Shown here one piece after another: positions 7,842 through 16,014 of a stretch of DNA of 33,128 nt. This DNA comes from an uncultured Dehalococcoidales bacterium (lineage in GTDB: Bacteria > Chloroflexota > Dehalococcoidia > Dehalococcoidales > BS750m-G39). The notes under the pieces were generated by a model. It was not told where the DNA came from and did no database searches. It saw nothing but the letters and a program-made list of their open reading frames with translations. The translations under genes were made by a program, and so were the position numbers. The stretch lies in the NCBI GenBank assembly GCA_964597155.1, contig CAZQXA010000001.1, positions 1 through 33,128 on the forward strand, in the 5' to 3' direction. Numbering within the stretch: the first letter of the stretch is position 1; each line of letters starts with the position of its first letter.

Positions 7842-7870
7842 AGTATAGATTGACAGATAGTAAAAGTCAA
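7842..7870 (-). promoter_or_regulatory. Sigma70-type promoter of the 457-aa gene
   Basis: On the minus strand: TTGACT (7870-7865), 17-nt spacer, TATACT (7847-7842). It lies ~35 nt upstream of the ATG at 7805. Confidence 0.6.
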
Positions 7871-7966
7871 TATTACTTTTTTACCGCCTTACTGCTCCCC
7901 TTTTAAAGACCAAGAGCCGCCAATGTGTTGACTTTATCTTTAGAAGCATAGAAAATAGAGGGAATA

Positions 7967-8755
7967 ATGGAAATCGCCCTTGTCGTTATTTACACCCTCT
8001 TCGGCATGATTGTGGCTAGCTTCCTCAATGTCTGCATTGACCGCCTGCCCGCAAGTGAGTCGCTTATTTCCCCCGCCTCTCACTGCGCCTCCTGCCAGCG
8101 CCGCCTGGCCATAAAAGACTTAATTCCCGTTTTCAGCTATCTGTGGCTACGCGGCCGCTGCCGCTATTGCCAAACCCCCATCCCCAAGCGAATACTCTGG
8201 GTGGAGATTGGCACCGGCGCCCTCTTCGCCTACCTCTGCTGGCATATGGTCTGGCAACATGGTTCAGGTATCGCATTAGCCATTGCCGCTTTTTATTCCT
8301 GTCTTTTTATTGTCCTCATGGTCATTGACCTGGAGAAGGGGCTTATCCTGAACAAGGTAGTCTACCCGGCTATAGGCTTAGCTCTGCTCCTCAGCATCTT
8401 CTTCAGCATCTTCCTGCCCGATATAGAAATTGTCCCCTTCATCGGGCGGGCGGCCATCGGTGGTGGCATTGGGCTGGTGTTTTTCTTCCTGGTAGTTATT
8501 ATTTCCCGAGGGGGGATGGGCTGGGGGGATGTTAAGCTGGCGGCACTTGTCGGCCTGGTTACCGGCTTCCCCCTGGCCCTCGTTGCCCTGCTTATCGGGG
8601 TAATTCTGGGCGGGGTGGTGGCTGTGCTTCTTCTCAGCCTTAAAATAAAGAGGCGCAAGGAGGCTATTCCCTTTGGCCCCTTCCTCTCCCTGGCAGCCAT
8701 AGCTACCCTGCTTTGGGGAAATGACATCCTCAGCTGGTATCAGGGGCTATTTTAG
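7967..8755 (+). CDS. pilD: Prepilin peptidase / N-methyltransferase (A24 family)
   Basis: The N-terminus is FLNVCIDRLP with CASC...CRYC Zn-binding pairs. Catalytic Asp motifs are present (VIDLEKG and GMGWGDVKLAA). The protein is polytopic membrane. Confidence 0.9.
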   Translation: MEIALVVIYTLFGMIVASFLNVCIDRLPASESLISPASHCASCQRRLAIKDLIPVFSYLWLRGRCRYCQTPIPKRILWVEIGTGALFAYLCWHMVWQHGSGIALAIAAFYSCLFIVLMVIDLEKGLILNKVVYPAIGLALLLSIFFSIFLPDIEIVPFIGRAAIGGGIGLVFFFLVVIISRGGMGWGDVKLAALVGLVTGFPLALVALLIGVILGGVVAVLLLSLKIKRRKEAIPFGPFLSLAAIATLLWGNDILSWYQGLF

Positions 8756-8790
8756 CCCTATCTGGTGACCACCCTCTTGACAACCTCCCC

Positions 8791-8819
8791 TTGACTGGAG
8801 TAGGATATAGCACTATAGT
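8791..8819 (+). promoter_or_regulatory. Sigma70-type promoter upstream of the wHTH gene
   Basis: TTGACT (8791-8796), 17-nt spacer, TATAGT (8814-8819). Confidence 0.6.
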
Positions 8820-8852
8820 ACTAGGTTAAAAGTAATAGATAGCAGGCAGATA

Positions 8853-9125
8853 ATGAGATTAGAACGCCGAAGGTCCAGCATTGAAGTAATAGCCGATATG
8901 TTAAGGCTGGGTGAAGCTGGCAAGACCGAGATAATGTACAGCGCCAATATGAGCTACAGCCAGCTGCAAAAATATCTCAGCTTCTTGCTGCAACTGGGGC
9001 TTATAACCAAAGTGATGGTGGGAAACCCGGTGGTTACTTATAGAGTAACCAGAAAGGGCCTGCGGCTGCTAAGAAATATAGAGAGCATCCTGGAAATGCT
9101 TGAGTTTGCCGAGGAGGAGATCTAA
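8853..9125 (+). CDS. Small winged-helix DNA-binding protein (archaeal-style HTH_45-like)
   Basis: The 90-aa sequence IEVIADMLRLGEAGKTEIMYSANMSYSQLQKYLSFLLQLGLI...YRVTRKGLRLL matches, from memory, the pattern of small wHTH proteins common in archaea. Confidence 0.6.
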   Translation: MRLERRRSSIEVIADMLRLGEAGKTEIMYSANMSYSQLQKYLSFLLQLGLITKVMVGNPVVTYRVTRKGLRLLRNIESILEMLEFAEEEI

Positions 9126-9261
9126 CCTCCAAGGGCTTGCCAAATCCGGGGTATATAAGGCAGAGAAAGAGAAGGCGCTACTAAACTTTAAAGCAATAGA
9201 AGGGTAGCGCTAAAAATTGTCCTGAAGGCTATCATAGAAACATCGACGCAAGGGAGAGATA

Positions 9262-9678
9262 ATGGCTGAAAAAAGAATGTTGATATTGCCGGCGGAGGTC
9301 ATCAAGAAAATTGATGATAACCGCGGAGACCTAAGCCAGGCTGAATTCATTAATTTCCTGGTTGAGAGCCAGCTAAAAGTAGAGGTCCAAGATAAACCGT
9401 ACACCAGCAAAGAAGAGATTATCTCCCTGGTTGATAGCCAGATAAAAGAAGAGGCCAAGAAACAACACTATGTAACCCGGCAAGAGATTCAAGCCTTTGA
9501 GCAGGATATAAAGAGCCTGCTTAAAACCTTTCTCGACTTCTTTGTCAGCTACGGGCTTGAGCTTGGTAAAAAATCGCCCAAAGCTGAATTTGAGGAGCTG
9601 AGCAGCAAGCTGGAAGAGCTGGAAAACCACCTTTCCCCTGAAGGCGAGAGCAAAGAAGCCAAGATTAAATGGAAATAG
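9262..9678 (+). CDS. Ribbon-helix-helix (CopG/Arc-like) N-terminal domain protein with a charged coiled-coil tail
   Basis: RBS GGGAGAG is present. The N-terminus MLILPAEVIKKIDDNRGDLSQAEFINFLVE fits a beta-strand/helix/helix RHH pattern. The remainder is rich in K, E and Q. Confidence 0.5.
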   Translation: MAEKRMLILPAEVIKKIDDNRGDLSQAEFINFLVESQLKVEVQDKPYTSKEEIISLVDSQIKEEAKKQHYVTRQEIQAFEQDIKSLLKTFLDFFVSYGLELGKKSPKAEFEELSSKLEELENHLSPEGESKEAKIKWK

Positions 9679-9718
9679 CCTATCGGGCTTAAAAAACCCG
9701 TATTCAAGCGCTTTTAAA

Positions 9719-9751
9719 GACCCCCTTCTCCCTGCAGAAGGGGTCTTTTTA
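9719..9751 (+). terminator. Rho-independent terminator
   Basis: GACCCC(C)TTCT / AGAAGGGGTC stem followed by TTTTT at 9747-9751, ~40 nt after the stop of the RHH gene. Confidence 0.8.
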
Positions 9752-9855
9752 TTAGCCCTCCAGGAATAGAACATTGTTCTAGAACACTATATCTTCCCTT
9801 TGCTAGCTCTATCTGCCATATTCAGAACAGGTAAAGGCTTTAGGGAAGTTATAGC

Positions 9856-10428
9856 ATGCTCTATATAGCTTTAGGCAGCCTCGGTCTCCTGGTAATACAT
9901 GTTTTTGATATCGTCTCCCTAAAAAGGGTCCCGGGGGCCAAACCAGCTACCTGGCTGGTAGGCAACGGCTTACTGGCTTACTCAGCTATTATGGCCTGCT
10001 TTACCCCGGATAAGCTCTCATTACCTATCTGGTCAACCTGGTTGGGCTGGGCATTGCTCCTGGTTTCCCTACCCCTGCTGATATATTCCCTGTTTATCAA
10101 CCTCCCTTTCCGCAAGACGTATGTTGCCACCGGCGTTGGGGATAAGCTGGTAACCACCGGTCTTTATGCCCTTGTCCGCCACCCCTGGCTGCACTGGTTT
10201 ATCCTGGTCATGCTCTCCCTGGTGCTGGTCTCTCGGTCTCTCCTGATGCTCATCGCCTCACCGATATGGATTTTGCTGGATATCCTGCTGGTAATCATTC
10301 AGGACAGGTTCTCCCTGGGCAGGATGTTTGCCGGATATGACAACTACCGGCGCCAGACGCCGATGCTCCTGCCCAATCGGCGGAGCATAAGAGCCTTCCT
10401 AAACTCACTCAAGCAGGCCGGGGCCTAG
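9856..10428 (+). CDS. Membrane methyltransferase of the ICMT/phospholipid-methyltransferase family
   Basis: The protein has about 5 TM helices and the family motif LVTTGLYALVRHPWL. Confidence 0.6.
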   Translation: MLYIALGSLGLLVIHVFDIVSLKRVPGAKPATWLVGNGLLAYSAIMACFTPDKLSLPIWSTWLGWALLLVSLPLLIYSLFINLPFRKTYVATGVGDKLVTTGLYALVRHPWLHWFILVMLSLVLVSRSLLMLIASPIWILLDILLVIIQDRFSLGRMFAGYDNYRRQTPMLLPNRRSIRAFLNSLKQAGA

Positions 10429-10457
10429 AAATCTTCAACTAAAGTAGAGGGAATAAG

Positions 10458-12110
10458 ATGACTAAAGAAGCTGAATTACTCACCAAAGGTAAAAACGAAG
10501 AACTCTGGCGAAAGTGCTGCGGCTTTATTGACCTGAGCCTGGATGATTGCATGAAGATTCAGCGGCGGTTACTACTGGAGCAGCTCGAACTGCTCAAAAA
10601 CTGCAAGCTGGGCCGGAGTATCATGCGCGGGGCTGAGCCCGAAACTGTGGAGGAATTCCGCAAGCTAGTGCCCATAACCACCTATGCTGATTATGAACCA
10701 TTCCTCCTGACCAAAAGTGAGCGCGCCCTGCCCCAGAAACCGCTGTTCTGGCAGCACACCTCGGGCCGGTCTGGTGAGTACCCCTTCAAGTGGGTCCCGG
10801 TTACCGCCCGGCAGTTTGAGGAACTGCGTGCCCTGCTCTTCGCCTGCCTTGCCTTCTCCTGCTGCCAGCAGAAGGGCGAAATTAACTACAAGAGAAAGGA
10901 CAAATTCCTCTATGCTCTAGCCCCCCCACCCTACACCACCGGTTCGCTCATCCACGCTGCCCCTCACGAAGTGTTTGACTTCCTGCCGCCAGTAAAGGTG
11001 GCCGAGGATATGCCCTTTGAGGAAAGGGTGCAGCTCGGTTTCAAGCTGGCTCTATCCGAGGGGCTGGACCTGTTCTTCGCCCTGTCCAGTGTACTGGTAG
11101 CTATTGGCGAGCGCTTCAGCCAGAGAGACGGGAAAATCGATCTCAGGCCGCTTTTGGGCAAGCCCAAGGCGCTATCCCGCCTGCTACAAGGGCTAATAAA
11201 GAGCAAACTGGCTCGCCGCCCCTTGCTGCCCAGGGACATCTGGAAGCTCAAAGGATTAGTCTCAACCGGCTCGGATGGCTCGGTATTCAGGGAAAAGGTC
11301 AAGGAGATGTGGGGGAGGTATCCCCTGGATGTCTATGGCGGCACCGAGGGCATAGTTATGGCGACACAGACCTGGGACTATCAGGATATGACCTTCATCC
11401 CTCACCTCAACTTCCTGGAGTTTATCCCCCAGCAGGAAAGCCTGAAATCCAGAGAAGACCCCTTCTACCAGCCAAGCACACTACTTCTAGACGAGGTCAA
11501 GCCGGGAGAAAACTACGAGCTGGCCATTACCAACTTCTACGGTGGCCCGCTCATCAGGTATAAGCTGGGCGATATGATTAAGATAACAGCAATGCGCAAC
11601 GAAAATTTAAATATAGACATCCCCCAGATGGTGTTTCACTCCCGGGTGGATGATATGATCGACATCGCCGGCTTCACCCGCTTGACCGAAAGGGTTATCT
11701 GGCAGGCTATAGAGAACACCGGGGTAGCCTATAAAGAGTGGACAGTGCGCAAGGAGGTCAGGGAAAAACCAATACTGCACCTTTACCTCGAGCCCAGGGA
11801 AAACGGCTATATCACCGAGGAGCAAATAGCCGAAGCGGTACACCACGAACTAAAAATATTGGATGCTCCCTATGCTGACCTGGAAGAATTTCTGGGCTTA
11901 AGACCATTAGAGGTTACCCTGCTTCCCGAAAACGCCTTCCAGGGCTACATGTTAAGACAGCAGGCGGCTGGCGCCGACCTGGCCCACCTCAAGCCGCCCC
12001 ACATCAACCCCTCTGACGGCATCATCGCCTGCCTGGTCAATGGCGACCAGACACCGCCAACCGCCGAGCCAGAAAAGCAGCCGGAAGGCATTTATAGCAA
12101 AACAAAATGA
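10458..12110 (+). CDS. GH3-family (acyl-acid amido synthetase-like) adenylate-forming enzyme
   Basis: Patterns typical of GH3 proteins are present: FRKLVPITTYADYEPF, WQHTSGRSGE..KWVPVT, YGGTEG and RYKLGDMIKI. The assignment is from memory of family motifs. Confidence 0.55.
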   Translation: MTKEAELLTKGKNEELWRKCCGFIDLSLDDCMKIQRRLLLEQLELLKNCKLGRSIMRGAEPETVEEFRKLVPITTYADYEPFLLTKSERALPQKPLFWQHTSGRSGEYPFKWVPVTARQFEELRALLFACLAFSCCQQKGEINYKRKDKFLYALAPPPYTTGSLIHAAPHEVFDFLPPVKVAEDMPFEERVQLGFKLALSEGLDLFFALSSVLVAIGERFSQRDGKIDLRPLLGKPKALSRLLQGLIKSKLARRPLLPRDIWKLKGLVSTGSDGSVFREKVKEMWGRYPLDVYGGTEGIVMATQTWDYQDMTFIPHLNFLEFIPQQESLKSREDPFYQPSTLLLDEVKPGENYELAITNFYGGPLIRYKLGDMIKITAMRNENLNIDIPQMVFHSRVDDMIDIAGFTRLTERVIWQAIENTGVAYKEWTVRKEVREKPILHLYLEPRENGYITEEQIAEAVHHELKILDAPYADLEEFLGLRPLEVTLLPENAFQGYMLRQQAAGADLAHLKPPHINPSDGIIACLVNGDQTPPTAEPEKQPEGIYSKTK

Positions 12111-13375
12111 AGACAGAAGATATAAATAATAACGGCCGGCGGGTAGTCGTTACCGGTCTCGGCGCAGTAAGCCCGGTGGGGTTAACTGTTCCCAGCATGT
12201 GGGAAGCCCTCATTGCCGGAAAATCGGGGGTTAGCTATATTTCCAGCTTTGACCCGTCATCCCTTGAGGTCAAATTTGCCGCCGAAGCCAGTGGTTTTGA
12301 CCCCATGGTTTATGTCAACCGAAAAGAAGCCCGCCGCATGGACAGGTTCACCCAGTTTGCCGTGGCCGCCAGCCTCCAGGCAACAGAATCAGCCGCCCTG
12401 AAGATAGATAGTAGCAACGCTGAGGAGACCGGCGTTATCATCGGTAATAGCGTCTGCGGACTGCTCTCGGTCTGCGAGCAATACAAGATACTGAGTGAAG
12501 AAGGCCCAAGGAGGGTAAGCCCGGTTCTGGCACCGACTATGACCGGCGATGCCCCCTCGGTACAGGTTTCTTTGATATTGGGTGCCAAGGGACTGAGCTA
12601 CTCACCGTCCTCAGCCTGCTCCAGCGGCAGTGACGCCATCGGGCAAGCCTATCAGGCGATTAAAGCCGGCGCGGCCAAGGTGATGATAGCCGGCGGCACT
12701 GAAGCGCCCATCATCCCCCTGGTGCTGGTCGCCTTTAACGCTATCCGTGCCCTGGCAGCCAGTAACAACGGAGCGCCAGCGGCCTGCCGTCCCTTCGACG
12801 CCGAGCGTGACGGCTTTATCATGGGCGAAGGCGCGGCCATCTTGGTCATTGAAGACGCCGACCACGCCGCGGAGCGTGGCGCTCCTATACTGGCTGAAAT
12901 CGCCAGCTATAGCGCCACCAGCGATGCCTTTCACCTGACCCAGCCGTCGCCTGACGGCGAGGGTGCCGCCAGAGCCTTAAGACTAGCCCTGAAAAGGGCT
13001 AACCTCAAGCCCAGCGATATTGACTATATTAATGCCCACGGCACAGCCACCCTGCTTAATGACCGAGCTGAAACCCGGGCTATTAAAAGCGTCTTTAGCG
13101 GAAACGGATATGATGCCCACCACATCCCCGTCTCCGCCACCAAATCTATGCTAGGGCACCTTTTAGGAGCCGCTGGGAGCATTGAGGCGGTGATATGCAT
13201 ACTAGCCATAAATCACGGCATTGTGCCCCCAACGATAAACCTCACTCACCCCGACCCCGAGTGTGACCTGGACTATGTGCCTAATGAGGCACGCTCTGTC
13301 AAGGTTAAGACCGCCATGTCAAACTCCTTCGGCTTCGGCGGACATAACTCGGTGCTCATCTTTCGCCACTACTAA
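12107..13375 (+). CDS. fabF: 3-oxoacyl-ACP synthase II (KAS II)
   Basis: RRVVVTGLGAVSPVG is present, with active-site Cys in SSACSSG, His in NAHGTAT and MLGHLLGAAG, and C-terminal SNSFGFGGHNSVLIF. The start overlaps the GH3 stop (ATGA at 12107-12110). Confidence 0.9.
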   Translation: MKTEDINNNGRRVVVTGLGAVSPVGLTVPSMWEALIAGKSGVSYISSFDPSSLEVKFAAEASGFDPMVYVNRKEARRMDRFTQFAVAASLQATESAALKIDSSNAEETGVIIGNSVCGLLSVCEQYKILSEEGPRRVSPVLAPTMTGDAPSVQVSLILGAKGLSYSPSSACSSGSDAIGQAYQAIKAGAAKVMIAGGTEAPIIPLVLVAFNAIRALAASNNGAPAACRPFDAERDGFIMGEGAAILVIEDADHAAERGAPILAEIASYSATSDAFHLTQPSPDGEGAARALRLALKRANLKPSDIDYINAHGTATLLNDRAETRAIKSVFSGNGYDAHHIPVSATKSMLGHLLGAAGSIEAVICILAINHGIVPPTINLTHPDPECDLDYVPNEARSVKVKTAMSNSFGFGGHNSVLIFRHY

Positions 13376-13397
13376 AGAATACCCCCCAATATTCCTA

Positions 13398-13426
13398 TTG
13401 ACAACCCCAAAGCTATAACGGATAAT
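13398..13426 (+). promoter_or_regulatory. Sigma70-type promoter of the GGDEF/HD-GYP gene
   Basis: TTGACA (13398-13403), 17-nt spacer, GATAAT (13421-13426). Confidence 0.55.
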
Positions 13427-13497
13427 TCCTTATTATATAATGATGGTTATTTTTATTAGCTACACTAGTACTAGTACCGGGAGAATAAGCTCATAAA

Positions 13498-16005
13498 ATG
13501 AATATGTGGGCGATAATACCGCTCGTCAGCTTCCTAACATATGCCGCCCTAGCAGCAATAGTCTTACAACAAGCCGGCAGACGAGCCAATAAAGCATTTA
13601 TCCTGTTTCTCTCTGCCTCCGGGGTATGGAGTTTTACCTCTTTCATGCTCGTCTCCAACCCCTACCCCCAACACATACTCTTCTGGAACGTAATGGTTAT
13701 CGCCGCCATTCCCTGGGTAGCCGTTGCTTACTACCACTTCGTCAGGTCTTACAATAATAAACCAGGCGGTATAGGGGTATATATCGGCTACGGCCTTGTT
13801 TTGGGTGTTCTGGCATTTGGCTTCAGTGGGAATATGGTCCAGAGCGCCTATTTTGTTAACGGATTCCTATACCATGAAATTGGACCCTGGCCCTATATCC
13901 TGGGTGGCATTCTCTTTCCCTTCCTCCTCACCGCCATGCTGATGCTGGTGCGGAGGTACCGCAACTCCACAGACCCCGCTGACCGCAATAGAACAATGTA
14001 TTTAATAGCCGGCTCAGGCTTAGTAATATTGGTAACCTATGTTAATCCCTTTACTCCGGTTCTAGCTGGCTTACCCACCGACCACCTCGGCAACCTGGCT
14101 AATGCCCTGATAATTGCCTATGCCATCCAGAGATACCAGCTACTAAACATCAACCTGGTGGCACGAAGGGGAATAACCTACATCATGCTGCTAATCTGTC
14201 TGGTTGGCATTTATGCCGGTGCCATAGTACTAGGCTTGAGATTAATCCCTGACCAGCCACTCTATATTATCTTAATACTTGCCTCCTTTTTAGCCCTGGC
14301 GATGGCGCTGCTGGCCCGCCCGCTAAGGCTTCTCTTCCAAGAACTGGTAGACCGTTTCTTCTACCGGGGAACCTATGAGTACCGCCAGACGCTGCTCACC
14401 TTCAGCAGTAAAATGGGCAATATCATCAACCTGAATGAATTGGCTAGCGAAATGTTACCCGCCGTAACCAAGGCGCTAAACATCACCCAAGCCAAATTGC
14501 TCTTTGAGGATACCAATAGCGGCGACTTTACCACCCAATTTACCTACCCCGAAGCCGAAGACGCCTCAAGCGATGAACTCAGCCTTAATGCCGATAACCC
14601 CATAGTGGCTTGGCTTGAGAAAGAAGGCAAACCTCTTGACCTAAAGCAAATTGATAGCTTCCCGGAACTCAAAGGGCTGTGGCAGACAGAAAAGGAGGGC
14701 TTGAATGCCTTTAACCTGGAAATCCTGTGCCCCATTAAGAGCGGGGGCGGGCTAATCGGCATCCTAGCCCTGGGCCAAAAAAAGCGGGGCAGCATCTACT
14801 CTCATGAAGATGTAGAACTAATAGTGGGCATGGCCAGTCAAGCCAGCATCCTGATTGAAAATGCCCACCTTTACGCCCAGGCGACAATAAGGGCCAATAC
14901 CGATGGGCTGACCGGGCTATATAACCACCGCCATTTCCACGAACGTCTGGAGCAGGAGATTGCCCGAGGTTCTCGCTTCGGCAGCACATTCTCCCTGATA
15001 ATGCTGGATATAGACCTCTTTAAGGCCTATAACGATATCTATGGACATCTAGCCGGGGATGAGGTCTTGAGAAAAATCGGCAGGTACATTGAAAGCTCAA
15101 TCCGAAGTATAGACCTAGCCTTTCGCTACGGGGGCGAGGAGTTCGCCATTATTCTGCCGGAGACTTCGCTTGATGCCGCCGCCAGAGTCGCCGAGCGTAT
15201 TCGCAAAACAATAGAGTCAAAAACAAGCTCCCGGGCAATGCCGATAACGGTCAGCCTCGGCATCGCCAGCTGGCCAGCCGATGGGGTGATGAAAGAGGAA
15301 ATCATCGGCCGTGCCGATGCCACACTGTATCGGGCTAAACAGGGAGGCAGAAATAGAACGTGTCTATCCTCAGATTTAAACAAACCGGAAACGCCCAATA
15401 TAAACACCGAGCTTGAGGCCAGGCCCAGAGCCCTGAGTATTATCTACGCTCTAGCCGCCACCGTTGACGCCAAGGACCACTACACCTACGGCCATTCCCG
15501 AAAAGTCAGCGAATATTCAGTAGCCATGGCTGAGGCGCTCAACCTGCCCCAAGACAAAATAGCCACCATTCGCGCTGCCAGCCTGCTGCACGATATAGGT
15601 AAAGTCGGCATCCCCGATTCTATCCTCAGCAAAGAGGGACCGCTAACCGATAAGGAATGGGAGCCGGTTAAAGTCCACCCCCAGCTTGGCGTGGAGATAC
15701 TGAGGCACATCATCGACCTCATCAACTGCCTGCCGGCTATCCTGCACCACCACGAACACTATGACGGCAGGGGCTATCCTTCCGGCCTAAAGGGTGATAG
15801 TATTCCCGTAGAAGGCCGCATCCTGGCTATAGCCGATGCCTACGACGCCATGACCTCCCCCCGGCCCTACCGCGAACAGCTATCACCGCAAGACGCCCTT
15901 AGTGAGTTAAAACGCTGTGCTGGAACCCAATTTGACCCTGAGCTGGTAGGCCTCTTTTGGGAGATTATCGAGTCAGCCCCGTCAAGAAGACTGGAAATAA
16001 AGTAG
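13498..16005 (+). CDS. Membrane sensor with 7TM N-terminal domain, GAF, GGDEF diguanylate cyclase and HD-GYP phosphodiesterase domains
   Basis: About 7-8 N-terminal TM helices. A GGEEF motif (RYGGEEFAIIL) has an RxxD I-site (RSID) 5 residues upstream. HD-GYP signatures LLHDIGK and HHHEHYDGRGYP are present. Confidence 0.85.
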   Translation: MNMWAIIPLVSFLTYAALAAIVLQQAGRRANKAFILFLSASGVWSFTSFMLVSNPYPQHILFWNVMVIAAIPWVAVAYYHFVRSYNNKPGGIGVYIGYGLVLGVLAFGFSGNMVQSAYFVNGFLYHEIGPWPYILGGILFPFLLTAMLMLVRRYRNSTDPADRNRTMYLIAGSGLVILVTYVNPFTPVLAGLPTDHLGNLANALIIAYAIQRYQLLNINLVARRGITYIMLLICLVGIYAGAIVLGLRLIPDQPLYIILILASFLALAMALLARPLRLLFQELVDRFFYRGTYEYRQTLLTFSSKMGNIINLNELASEMLPAVTKALNITQAKLLFEDTNSGDFTTQFTYPEAEDASSDELSLNADNPIVAWLEKEGKPLDLKQIDSFPELKGLWQTEKEGLNAFNLEILCPIKSGGGLIGILALGQKKRGSIYSHEDVELIVGMASQASILIENAHLYAQATIRANTDGLTGLYNHRHFHERLEQEIARGSRFGSTFSLIMLDIDLFKAYNDIYGHLAGDEVLRKIGRYIESSIRSIDLAFRYGGEEFAIILPETSLDAAARVAERIRKTIESKTSSRAMPITVSLGIASWPADGVMKEEIIGRADATLYRAKQGGRNRTCLSSDLNKPETPNINTELEARPRALSIIYALAATVDAKDHYTYGHSRKVSEYSVAMAEALNLPQDKIATIRAASLLHDIGKVGIPDSILSKEGPLTDKEWEPVKVHPQLGVEILRHIIDLINCLPAILHHHEHYDGRGYPSGLKGDSIPVEGRILAIADAYDAMTSPRPYREQLSPQDALSELKRCAGTQFDPELVGLFWEIIESAPSRRLEIK

Positions 16006-16014
16006 AGCCACAAA

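Noticed and set aside
9174-9210. The hairpin GCGCTAC...GTAGCGC between the wHTH and RHH genes, as a possible terminator
   Set aside because: The stem is only 7 bp with a ~21-nt loop and no U-tract. I consider it too weak to call.
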